Assembly (NCBI RefSeq): GCF_048418815.1
Contig: NC_133154.1
Location: 388,043-452,042, forward strand
Length of the DNA stretch: 64,000 bases
Direction of reading: 5' to 3'
DNA from: Hemitrygon akajei
Lineage: Eukaryota
Made by a program: the position numbers and the translations under genes. Of the stretch, positions 38,412 through 50,263 are shown one piece after another (within the stretch, counting starts at the first letter, position 1; each line of letters opens with the position of its first letter). Below the pieces are notes generated by a model. That model saw only the letters and a program-made list of their open reading frames with translations, was not told the origin of the DNA and ran no database searches.

Positions 38412-38762
38412 AGCAGGAATACCGGCCTGACACCACCCCCATCCCTTCCCCTGTGCACCTGGATCTGATCCTGGCCTGACCCCACCCCCATCCCTTCCCC
38501 TGTGCACCTGGATCTGATCCTGGCCTGACACCACCCCCATCCCTTCCCCTGTGCACCTGGATCTGATCCTGGCCTGACACCACCCCCATCCCTTCCCCTG
38601 TGTACCTGGATCTGATCCTGGCCTGACACCACCCCCATCCCTTCCCCTGTGCACCTGGATCTGATCCTGGCCTGACACCACCCCCATCCCTTCCCCTGTG
38701 CACCTGGATCTGATCCTGGCCTGACACCACCCCCATCCCTTCCCCTGTGCACCTGGATCTGC
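38412..38762. repeat. 49-bp minisatellite, about 7 copies
   Basis: The unit is ggatctgatcctggcctgacaccacccccatcccttcccctgtgcacct. Its first unit is the intron start of the KIF22 exon 38753..38936. The Gly/Arg-rich ORFs in the six-frame track here are artefacts of the repeat. Confidence 0.85.
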
Positions 38763-38936
38763 CGCCGGCTCTCCTCCAGCTTCCTGAGGAGTTCCTGCCT
38801 CTCGGCCTTGGGTGTGCCCAGCACAGGCAAGCCACTCCGACCCTGTGTGCGCAGCAGGTCCTCTAGCTTCGACAGACGCTCCATCACATCCGGCCCGTAC
38901 ACCTCACTGTTCAGTTCCTCTGGTTTCAGCAGTGGA
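38753..38936 (-). CDS. KIF22: KIF22 coiled-coil and stalk exon (PLLKPEELNSEVYGPDVMERLSKLEDLLRTQGRSGLPVLGTPKAERQELLRKLEESRRQIQ)
   Basis: Acceptor tctttccccactcgctgatctctggcag, donor CAG|GTGCAC, phase 2 to 0. It aligns with the Kid segment [32 protein letters not shown]. Confidence 0.7.
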
Positions 38937-39068
38937 CTGCCAGAGATCAGCGAGTGGGGAAAGAGCAGGTCTAGTTATCATCCTGGCTGAGGACACAGCT
39001 CCACCTACCTTCAAACTCAAAGTAAATTTATTATCAAAGTACTGTATGTTTTTATATATATATATATA

Positions 39069-39933
39069 CCGTAGATTCCGGATTTTAAGCCTCTACTTTT
39101 TTCCCACATTTTGAACAGCTTTGAACTTTGCGGCCTTTAAAACGGAGCGGCTAATGTATTATTTTTTTTCATGCCGGCCGAAAACATTTTGCCTCGTAAC
39201 AGTAGACCAATAAAATTGATGAGTAGTTCACAGAGGTCCAATGAAATTGTACGATAAATCAAGCGCACTTTCACAATTAAATTATTGTAAATCAGTCATT
39301 TGTACTCACCCTCATCAACATGGAAAACACTCGAAGAAAAGCATTGTGCTGCCTTTATGGCAGTTATTTAGTTTATAATATTTTCGCTTAGTAATTCATT
39401 TTCTAGTTAAAGTTAGAAGAGTTTTAACTATATTTGTTTTCTGTACTACATCGCGGGATGCTATGACGTCACACCTGGTTTCGCCGCGTCTTGTGGGAAA
39501 ACGCCGGTTTGCGATAAAACGGGACGGCGGGGGTCGAGCGGCGGAGCGAAAACGCTGCTTTTAAGTTAAAGGCGATCAATAACTTTTCCTGGTAGGCTGC
39601 AGTATATATATTTTTTACCAGTCGTTAGGAGATATTGGAATGTTGTTCAGTAAAAAAGTATACGCAACGTATATTTAAAAGTAGCCGTGTTACGGGCACG
39701 GTTCGAAAAAAAGCATTTGCAATATGTATTTGTTTTTGTTACCATATGGATTTAATTAAAAGTTAAAAAATCCTCACGTGTAATATCTTTCTGTGTAAAT
39801 ATCTCATATTACAACGTGGGACACCTGCGGCCGAAAATCCGGTGCGGCCTTTACAAGTAAAAAATTGATTTTATTTCTAAAATTAGAGCCAGCGGCTTTT
39901 AATCAGGTGCGCTCTGTAGTCCGGAATCTACGG
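39069..39933. mobile_element. 865-bp non-autonomous TIR DNA transposon (MITE-like) inserted in a (TA)n microsatellite
   Basis: Perfect 14-bp TIRs ccgtagattccgga at 39069..39082 and tccggaatctacgg at 39920..39933. Subterminal ggccgaaaa repeats. No ORF. It is flanked by tatata on both sides. It contains a CpG-dense patch with TGACGTCA at 39464..39471. Confidence 0.65.
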
Positions 39934-40099
39934 TATATATACACACACACACACACACCTTGAGATTCATTTCCTTGCAGGCATTTACAGGAAAAATAAA
40001 GAAATATATTAGAAATTATGAAAAGCTATAAATAGAAAAGACTGGCAAACAGCCAATGTGCAAAACAAAACAAATTGTGCAAATACAAAAAAAGAGAAA

Positions 40100-43000
40100 A
40101 AACTACCGGTAATAATAAATAAGCAATAAATATCAAGAACATCAGTTGTCGCGTACTTGAAAGTGTGTCTGTAGGTTATGGAGACAGTTCAAAGTTGAGG
40201 TCAGGGAAGCTCTCCACACTAGTTCAGCAGCTTGATAGTTGTAGCATAATAATTGTTCCTGAAATTGGTGGAGCAGGGTGGGACCCAAGGTTTCTGTACC
40301 TCCTGCCTGATAGTAGTCATGAGAAGAGAGCATGGCCTAGATGCTGGGGATATTTGCCATTGAGTGAGGGTGTTGTTGTGGCCCTCCTCAACCAGATTAT
40401 CAATCTCCCTCCTATATGCTGATTTGTCACCACCCTTGATTCGGCCAATGACAGTGGTGTCATCAGCAAACTTAAATACAGCATTGGAGCTGTATTCTGT
40501 TGTGATGCTGGGTTGTACAGTAGTTACTGAATAAATCTGGATATAAACATCTCACTGTACAAGTGAAGAACCAATGAAATGGCATCCACTGTTGACCTGT
40601 TGTGACAGTAGGCAAATTGGATAGGAGCCTGCTGTGTATTTACTTCTTCAGTGATATTTGAGTAATATTGTAAATATGTCATTTTAATTGAGCATTCTTT
40701 GTTTTCATAATACATTATGGATTATATGTACAAGTATGTAAACGGCATACATCAATACATCACTATGTCTTACGTCCGTGCCTCACTAAAGTAAAGAAAC
40801 TATGTACATAATTTTACCCTGGGCTCCTGTGTTTTTCTTTCAATTAGTTTTATGGTTTGGAGTTACAAACTGTAACAATGGTGATGAGTAAGTCTTAAAA
40901 TGAGCCTGAGGCAACTGCCTACCTGTTGAAGCGCAGCGTGTCTTCTTCACAAAGGGGAGAAGGAGATGTTTGAATCTCCCCCTCCCCCTCCCCCTTCATA
41001 AGCACAGCAAGACATTCGAGTTAAAAATAAAGCAGAAACCATACAAAATTAACAGGTTCATCAACAGTGAGTACGGGGTGATAAAAATAAATAAAAAGCA
41101 GAAATGGCTGGCTACATCAGAAAGGTAGACATATTTGATTCCACAAAAGATAATGAAACAAAGGAAATAGTCAATGAGAATGAGTGCTAGTTTTGACGAG
41201 TGTAATTGAACACATGCAAAGCACATGTCAGGTGGATAAAAATAAATGGACAACATAGGGAAGAGAAAAAGCTAAAAGTCAAGTTGCAGTTTCAAAAAGA
41301 GCACTAATTTGTACACTGTTGATGAAAAATCTGATGCTGAGAGTGACACAAGACTGGGTAGCCTTGAGATTTACAATGTGAAAACTAGCAATAGACATGC
41401 GTAACAGTGAAATACAATAACCGACAAGCCATGTTGGGCTTGTATGCGGTAAAAACAGGAGGGCCAGTATTGTGGGGTTGTTATTGACTGACACAACTAC
41501 AACCTGGTGGACGGACTTCCAATCATCTGTATGCCACATTCCATGCAATAAATTAAACCTAAGGCAAATTAAGAAAGGTACTGGATGATGCCACAGCAGT
41601 GTTCGGGGGGAGTGGGGGGTTGAAAGGGACTGAACTGCACTGAGCTGAAGCTGTGGGCTTCTGGATCAGTTACGGACTCACTTTTGTGAACTCAGTTCTG
41701 AATGCTATTTGCTTACTTTTATTGTTCACACGATTTGTTTTTTATCTCCTTCTGTTCATTGGGTGTTCAGAGTTCATTTGTTGTGTTGGGTTTTATTGAG
41801 TTACTTTGTTTTGTGGCTGCGTATAAGGAGATGAATCTCAAGGTTGTGCAAAGAATACATACTTTGATAAATTCAGTACTTTGAGCTTTGAAGTACATCA
41901 ATGACACAAGTCATTATGCCACAATGTCATAAGCATGCACCTCACTAACAACCAGTGTGCAAAAGACAACAAACTGAAAGAAATACCAATAACGATAATA
42001 ATATAGTAGTAATAAATATTAAGAACATGAAATGAAGAGTCCTTAAAGTGAGTCCATATGTTGTGGGAACAGTTCAGTGATGGAGTGAGGGAAGTTATGT
42101 CCTCTGGTTCGAGAGCCTGATGGGTGAGGGGTAATAACTGTTCCTGAACCTGGTGAACTGGGACCCAAGGCTTCTCCGCCTTCTCCCTGACGGCAGCACT
42201 GAGAGAGAGCATGTCCTGGGTGGTGGTGAAAAGTGAAGTACACACTCATCTCCCAGCTCAGTGTTTTTCTTTCGGTTAATTTCAGGAGTTACAAAACATA
42301 CCAGAGTCCTTTTTTTCCTAATTCTCATGCTATGCAAAAATCTAACTGGATCTTAGATATATTTAATGAGAGAGCTTCTACTGCTTTCCTGGACAGAGAA
42401 TTCCATAGATTCTCTAAAGATTTGCTTTAATGGTAACACCTACATTGAAACATGCAACACTCTCGAAAAAATGCAGTTCCTCCTCATCTCCGTCAGAAAT
42501 CTACTCCCCCCCCCCCCCAAATCTTGAGGCTATGTCCCTTTGTTCTAGTCAACTTTCCTGCCTCTATCTTATCCATCCCTTTCAGAATGTCATATATTTC
42601 TATAAGATCCCCTCTCATTCTTCTGAATTCCAGTCAGTACAGTCCCAGGTGATTCAATCTCTCCTCATGGGTAGAATCCCTCAGCTCTGGAATCAATCTA
42701 GTGAAACTCCTCTGCAATGGCCCTAGCCACTGTACCTTTTCTCAAGTTAAGACCAGTACCCGTGGTGCAGCCTCACCCCTCCCTGCTCTGAAATTTATTC
42801 CTCGATCTCTGAAGGCCAACCTTCCATTTGCTTTCTTGATAAACGGTTGTATCGGCAGACCAATCTGTGCAATTCAAGCACAAACACTCCTAAGACTCTG
42901 CACAGCAGCATGCTGCAGTTTTTCACTATTTGAATAATAAGCTGATCTTCTATTTGTTTCTTCCCAAGTGGATGACCTATTTATCAACAGTGTACTCCAT

Positions 43001-43745
43001 CTGCCAAACCCTTGCCCTTTCACTTAACCTATCAATATCTCTGCAGACTTTCCAAATCCTCTGTACAACCTGCTTTCCTACTCAATTTAGTGTCATCAGC
43101 AAACTTGGATATGCTGCACCCGGTCCATACTACCAAATGTTTAACGTATATGGTCAACATTTGCAGGCCCAGCAGTGATCCCGACTGCACTCTGCTCACC
43201 ACTTAACTACCAATCAAAGAAACACCCATTTATCCTAACTCCCCATTTTTTGTTGGCGAACCAACCGTCTATCCATGCTAATAACATTTCCCCATCTCCA
43301 TGCATTTTTATCTTATGTGCAAGTCCTGCATCTGCACACACATATGATCCAAATTACTACTACAAGGGTATGTGTGTCTAAAATGTCACAGGCTCTCAGA
43401 CTATGTTCCCTCTAAGCGCACACACAGGTTTTTCAACCAACGCCTGTCCAATCAAGGATCTATCAGCCTCTGCCTTAACTATACATATGGTCTCCACAGC
43501 TACCCGTGGCAAAGAATTCCACAGATTCACCACTCTCTGGCTAAAGAAATTCCTCCTCATCTCTGTTCTAAAAGGACACCCCTCTACTCTGAAGCTGTGT
43601 CCTCTGGTCTTAGACTCTCCCATTATAGTAAACATCCTCTTCACATCCATCTAATCAAGGTCTCTCACCATTTCATAGGTTTCAATGAGATCATCTGTCA
43701 TTCTCTGAATTCCAGTGAATACAGGTCCTGAGGGGTCAAATAATC
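40100..43745 (-). mobile_element. Cluster of LINE-X fragments with CR1-like tail pieces at the downstream end
   Basis: LINE-X fragments lie at 40100..40730 and 41880..42340, with LQFAYCHNRSTVDAISLVLH at 40524..40715 and LPSGRRRRSLGSQFTRFRNSYYPSPIRLSN at 42095..42337. CR1-like tail pieces span 42430..43745, including RGHSFRVEG...RRNFFSQRVVNLWNSLP at 43396..43650. Confidence 0.5.
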
Positions 43746-43749
43746 TCCT

Positions 43750-46700
43750 ATACAGCAAATCTTAATAGAAAGTCCTGTACAGATCGATTAGACCTCATTA
43801 ATCAGATTAAAGAATTAGATCAACTGTATGCTCAAACTAAGAATCCTGAATTATACAAGAAGCGTGTAGAACTTCAAACTAAATTTAATCTTCTGTCTAC
43901 TCAACCTGTTGAACGCCAACTTCTTGAAAGTAAGAGTCACTTTTATATTCATGGTGACAAATCTGGTAAATTTCTAGTTAATCAGCTGAGGCGTTCTAAA
44001 GCTAAACAACATATTATAAAGATCCGGAAGGAAAATGGAGATTTTACATCGGATCACTTAGAAATCAATGATGTATTTAAAAATTTTTACTCTCGACTTT
44101 ATTCCTCTGAATCTCTGAATGAGAATATTTCTGTTGATTTTTTTTTAAATAATCTGAATATTCCTTCGCTTTTATCTGATTTTAAAGCCAAACTTAATGT
44201 GCCTATATCATCAGGAGAAATATCTTTTGCAATTTCTGCATTGTCTTCAGGGAAATCTCCTGGACCTGATGGGTTCCCCGTAGAATTTTATAAATCATTC
44301 TCTTCACTTCTTTCTCCTCAGTTACTCTCAGTACTGTCTGACTCGTCTAATTATGGTAAATTGCCACCCTCTTTTAATGAGGCATCTATTATTCTTTTAT
44401 TAAAAAAGGGTAAAGACCCAACAGAGTGTTCCTCGTACAGGCCGATTCCTTTGCTTAATGTTGATGTTAAAATCTTGTCCAAAGTTTTGACTTATAGATT
44501 AGAAACTATTATTCCCTCTATTATTTCTGATGATCAAACTGGTTTTATTAAAAACCGTCTTCCTTTTTTTAATATTCGGCGTTTATTTAACATTTTATAT
44601 TCACCTTCAACTGGGATTCCTGAATGTGTTATTTCCCTCGATGTGGAGAAAGCATTTGATCATATAGAGTGGAACTACCTTTTTGCAGTTTTAGAAAAAT
44701 TTGACTTCCGTCAAAGTTTTATCTCTTGGATCAAATTGCTGTATCTGTGTCCTACTGCCTCTGTTTTGACTACGGTAATTTTCAGAAATCCCAGTTATTT
44801 AACCTCAAACGTGGCACCCGTCAAGGATGCCCTTTAAGTCCCTTTCTCTTTGATTTGGCTATAGAACCTTTGGCGATAGCATTTCGAAGCTGTCCTGAAT
44901 TGACCGGGATTTGGAGGGGGGGTGTTGAGCATAAAGTTTCTCTTTATGCTGATGACATTACTTTTTCTTTCAAATCAGTCTACATCCTTACCTCCAATGT
45001 TCTCACTTCTTGATCAGTTTAGCCAGTTTTCTTGCAATAAACTTAATTTACATAAGAGTGAACTTTTCCCAATTAATAAAGAAGCACAAGAATTAGCATT
45101 TCATGACCTCCCTTTTAAAGTAGTTCATAATCAATTTACTTATCTTGGGATTACAGTTACAAGGAAGTTTAAAGATCTTTTTCGTGAAAATTTTGCCAAT
45201 CTTTTATATACTACAAAACAGAGTCTGTCACAATGGTCACCTCTATCTATGTCTTTGGTAGGTCATATTAATGTTGTTAAAATGTATGTTCTCCCTAAAT
45301 TTTTATATTTATTTCAATCAATCCCAATTTTTATTCCTAAAACTTTTTTTGATTCCTTAGACTCTATTATTTTGTCATATCTGTGGAAGAATAAGCGTTC
45401 CAGAATTAATAAAGTTTATCTCCAAAAATCTAAAAAAGAGGGTGGCATGGCTTTACCTAACTTTCGTTTATATTATTGGGCAGCCAATATATGTTGTGCT
45501 ACCTTTTGGTCTTTTTTCCATAGCCAACCCAAGTGCCCTAATTGGGTGGCAATGGAGTTGAGTTCCACTAAAGGTCTATCTATTTCTGCACTTCTTGGCT
45601 CTGTACTCCCTAGTAGTTTGTCTAGATTAATTGTTAACCCTCGTTAGACACACTTTGCGAATATGGGCTCAGTTTAGGAAATTTTATGGTTTCTATGGTT
45701 TTTCCTCTTCTAGTCCTATCTTACATAATCACCTTTTTTTTACCTACTATGTATGATTCAACATTCCATGATTGGTATAGGAAGGGCATTAGACATTTTG
45801 AAGATCTTTTTATTGATAATCGCTTCGCATCTTTTCAACAGCTCTCTGCTAAGTTCAATCTGCCTAATGCCCATTTTTTTAGATATCTCCAAATTAGATA
45901 CTTTATTAATCCTTTAATTCCTAACTTCCCTGAAATGCCTGAGAAAAATGTTATGGATTTCTTTCTTTCTATTAATCCACTGAGTAAAGGTTTAATATCA
46001 TTTATTCGTGATAAATTAGCATTCTTACAGCATGCCCCTGTGGATAAAATTAGAATGGCTTGGGAGCATGATTTAAATATCTCTTTATCTGATGAGACTT
46101 GGGACTCGATTCTCAAATCGGTTAATTCAACCTCTCTTTGTGCTCGCCATTGCCTTTTACAATTTAAGATTGTTCAGAGCCCATATGTCTAAATCTAAAT
46201 TATCTCGATTTTACCCTAATATTAGTCCTCTTTGTGATAAATGCAAAAGGGGCGAGGCCTCCCTTATTCATATGTACTGGTCCTGTCCTAGCTTAGAGAA
46301 ATTTTGGAAAGATGTCTTCATAACTTTATCCTATATTCTGAATCACCACTTAGAACCTAACCCTTTAATTGCTTTGTTTGGTTTTTTGGGTGAGACAGAT
46401 ATACGTTTGAGTTCGACTAAGTGTCGAATACTATCTTTTGCTTCTCTCCTGGCTAGACGTTTAATCCTCCTTAAATGGAGAGATGTTGCCCCGCCCACGC
46501 ATGCTCAATGGCTTAATGATATTATGTCCTGCTTAGACCTTGAAAAAATTCATTATTCAGTTCTTAATTGGGATATAAAGTTCCATAAGGTCTGGGGACC
46601 TTTTATTGAGTACTTTCATAACCTTCCTCTTAATTAAGGTTTTTTTTTCGGTCCCTTGCTTTCAGCTCTTTTTTTTTGGTAGTAGGCATTATTATCTTCT

Positions 46701-46985
46701 GTTTTCAAGTGTATTTACAGTTTTGGGGGTTTGAACGTCCTGATTTATATTCTCTATATTGTGTTGTGGTTGGTCTGGAGTTTTTTGTTGTGGGGCTTGG
46801 GGAGGATACTAACTTTACATGACTTCAATTTGGGTGCTTTCTCAATTATCTTTTTTGTATTATATTATTATTGTATGTTTATTTTTGCACTGTATTAATT
46901 TTCTTCATTTTGGTTTGGGGTTTTTTTTTCTATCTGTAGTAATGTAGAAAATGCATTTAAAAAACCAATTAAAAAAAAATACTTC
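43750..46985 (+). mobile_element. 5'-truncated L1-like LINE: ORF2 RT and C-terminal domain, 3'UTR and A-rich tail
   Basis: ORFs at 44199..44837, 44922..45647, 45686..46192 and 46092..46637 carry [36 protein letters not shown] and YADDI. The 3' end carries an A-rich tail (ccaattaaaaaaaaat). Confidence 0.8.
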
Positions 46986-48805
46986 TCAGCCCACTGTCAT
47001 TTGCAAGCTCGAGGAGTTGATCTTCTTCCCGCGCTGACATGGATGATTCACCAGGGACATTCACAAATGGGTCACAGACCCATTCCTTTGCACGTCTTGG
47101 GTCATTTGTGGTTGGGAAGTAACACTTGAATTCTGTCGACAGCGAAGATAGGTGATCGCGTACCAGCTGTGAGAAGGACAGTGCAGCCTCAGTCTCTCCC
47201 AAAATCCCAGCTAATGTTGGGAACATGTCAAATATGCCCCTGTCCACTCGCTGTCCCCACAGTTCCAGTTTGGCTTTGAAAGCAGACACTTTATCTGCCA
47301 ACTTGAAGACAGTTGTCATTCTCCCCTGAAGTGACAAATTGAGTTCATTGTGCGGGCTGAAGATGTCACACAGGTAGGCGAGTTTTGCTATCCACTCCTC
47401 GTCACTGAAGTATACTACCAGTGGTGACTTTTTTCCTGAAAGAAATCTCTAGTGGCTCTCTTAACTCAAAAACCCTGGCCAGGGCTCTCCCCCTTGATAA
47501 CCACCTGACTTCAGTGTGTAAGAGAAGGCGTTTGTGCTCTGCATCCATTTCCTCGCAAAGCTGCTCAAACAGATGTGAGTTAGGGGCTCTTGCTTTGATG
47601 TGATTGATAACTTTAACAACATCACTCAATACGCTGTTAAGATCAGGTGACATTTTTCGGCTAGCCAGCATTTCCCTGTGTATGACACAGTATGTAGACT
47701 GGCATTCAGGAACAACCTCTTTGACTCGGGTAGTGAAACCAGACAGCCGTCCGTCCAGTCATAGCTGAAGCCCCGTCTGTGCATATTCCAACACTGAATG
47801 ACCAGTCCAGTTTGCCTGACATGTAGTCATTCAAAAACTTGGAATAGTTCTGCCCCAGTTGTGTTAGTTGGCAGTGGCAGCGCACACAAAATATCCTCAT
47901 GCACATCATCTTGAAATATATATCACACATAAACCAGCACTGTTGCCTTGTTGTCAACATCGGTAGACTTGTCGACCTGGATGGCATACCATGGTGACTC
48001 GTTAAGCCGTTCCAACAGCTGTGCTTCGATGTCCTCCACTATGTCATTGATTCTCCTTGAAACTGTGGTAGCTGAAAGAGAAACCTGTGCCATCTTGTTA
48101 GCTGCAGCTTTTCCCAACAGTTCACGGCACATGTCCTTGGCAGCAGGCAGAATCAATTTTTCACCAACAGTGAAAGGCTTCTTAGCCTTAGCAATACGGC
48201 TAGCCACTAAGTACGACGCTCTCAGAGCAGCAGCATTTGTGAAGGTGGTGGCTCTCAGCACTTGCTTCTGTCCCGCCTGCTCACGTTTTCTCCGCTCAAA
48301 AAACTCAACAGGTTTGTCTTTAAGTGCAGAGTGTTTGGACTCAAGATGCCACAGCAGTTTTGAGGGCTTCATTGCCTCATTAGACAGCTTGTCTCCACAT
48401 ATCACACACAGGGGGCTGGGAGTGTGGAAGTCACCGGTCGCATTAAAGCCATATTTTATGTACGACTTGTTGTATTTTCTGTTGAAGGAAGCTTTCTTTT
48501 TTTTGCAGTCTCGGCCTCAATTGTCTCTGCGTTATCATCATCGTTAGGCCTTTTATGTCCCCTACCACCTCTTCCAAAGAAACTCTTAAGCGGCGTTTGG
48601 TTTTTACTCATCGAGTAGTTGCAGGTTAATGACCGACTGATGACCTTATGTATGTAATGACCTCGCTTGTGTTCAAGTTCAACAGAGGGCATGACAGGGA
48701 ATGAGGAAAGGTGCAGCTGACTCATATCGTTTCATACCGCCAGATCATATTGTTTCCTCGCGGCCCGGTAGCACATGCTTTGCGGCCCGGTGGTGGGGGA
48801 CCACT
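46986..48805 (-). mobile_element. hAT superfamily transposon with a frameshifted transposase; 5' TIR intact, 3' end truncated by the adjacent L1
   Basis: Minus ORFs at 48456..48725, 47923..48405, 47706..47987, 47402..47671 and 46969..47337 give a ZBED/FAM200-like transposase. The 5' terminus cagtggtcccccaccaccgggcc is RC at 48805. It is the likely parent family of the MITE at 2808..2951. Confidence 0.75.
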
Positions 48806-49382
48806 GTTCTAGTCCTCCTGAAATGAATACTAACATTGCATTTGCCTTCCTCACTTGCAAATCAGCTTGCAAATTAACCTTGAGGGAATCCTGCACAAGG
48901 ATTCCCAAGTCTCTTTGTTCCCACGTATTTTTTAATATATTTTCTCTCCATTTAGAAAATAGTTAACTCTTTCCTTTCTTCTATCAAAGTACATGACCAT
49001 ATTCCATCTGCCATTTCTTTGCCCATTCTCCTAATCTGCCCAAGTCCTTCTGCAGCCTCTCTACTTCCTCAAAACTACCTGTCCCTCCACCTATCTTAAA
49101 ATCATCTGCAAACTTTTCAACAAAGCCATCAATTCCACCATCCAAATCATTGACATATATATGGTAAAAAGAATCGGTCACAACACAGAACCCTGTGGAA
49201 CACAGCTAATCACCGGCAGCCAGCCTTAAAAGGCTCCCTTTATTCCCACTCCATTCATCCTGCCAAACTGTCTCTGCTTTATTCATGCTAGAATCTTTTC
49301 AGGAATACTATTGGTTCGTAGTTGTTAAGCAGCCTCACATGTGGCACCTTGTCAAAGGCCTGAAAATCCAAGTACAATCGGC

Positions 49383-50263
49383 CCTCCTTATTCCACATGC
49401 GCGAATTCAACCAACCACGAATTGTGAAAACCCAGAAGTGCTCTTCCAGCACTTGTTGTTCGAACATGTACAGACTTTTTTTCTTGTCATTATTCCCTAA
49501 ACAATGCAGTATAACAAACATTTTACATAGCATTTACATTGTATTAGGTATTATAAGAAATCTAGAGATGATTTAAAGTATACGGGAGGATGTGCGTGGG
49601 TTATCGTGCATCGGAATCGAAAAAAATCGGAAGTTCTCTTACTAAGTAAGTCGGAACAGGTACATCCAGTATTAGTTAGTGTCAGTTAGTCAAACGTTTG
49701 TCTTAGTATATAGTATATATTTAACCTTTCTATGCATATAAAACACTTAAGAACGTATGTTTCAGCGCCGGGCTTGGGAACAGAAGTTCTTGGGACTTGG
49801 GACAGACCGCTCCCTAGAGCGCTCTCCACCATGCCGGGTTGATGTGGAGGATCAAAAACTCAAAACCCCAAAACCTAATATTAAACCACTGTGTTGCTTA
49901 GTACTAATTGTAGCTTTCATCGGGGCAGAGCCTTTCTCACTTTATCCTTTAAAATTGTTCCGATCATTGACTGACTTAGCCTAATGCTTTTCCAATGACC
50001 GATGGCGTTTCACCTCTTTCCGATCACTTTATTATTTCCACTTTATTTTCAATCGTGATTATTTTTGTGAATAGAAACACTGCACATTCAGAGCTCTGGC
50101 ACCAGGTCCTAATGTCCACCGCACTGAGACAGGTTAAATAAGGTCTGGGGTTCCGCTGGGTCCTAAGGTCCACCGGATTGAGACATCTGCAAATTTTGGT
50201 ATCCATGAGGGGTCCCAGAACCAATCCCTCGTGGATAAGGAGGGCCAACTGTACACAACATCA
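49383..50263. mobile_element. About 880-bp non-autonomous TIR element inserted in a CR1 RT fragment
   Basis: Imperfect terminal inverted repeats (t)cggccctccttattccac and gtggataaggagggccaac. Subterminal direct repeats ggtcctaa(t/g)gtccaccg..ttgagaca. No ORF. It interrupts a CR1 sequence between ...aaaatccaagtaca and catcaaccaattctcc. Confidence 0.45.

Noticed and set aside
38386-38902. Six-frame ORFs of 120 to 170 aa that are Gly/Arg/Gln-rich and periodic (GEGMGVVSGQDQIQVHRGRDGGGVRPGSDPGAQGKGWGWCQARIRSRCT repeats)
   Set aside because: They are translations of the 49-bp minisatellite. The 49-aa period equals three repeat units, and there are no splice or start signals. They are an artefact of the tandem repeat, except for the genuine KIF22 exon at 38753..38936.
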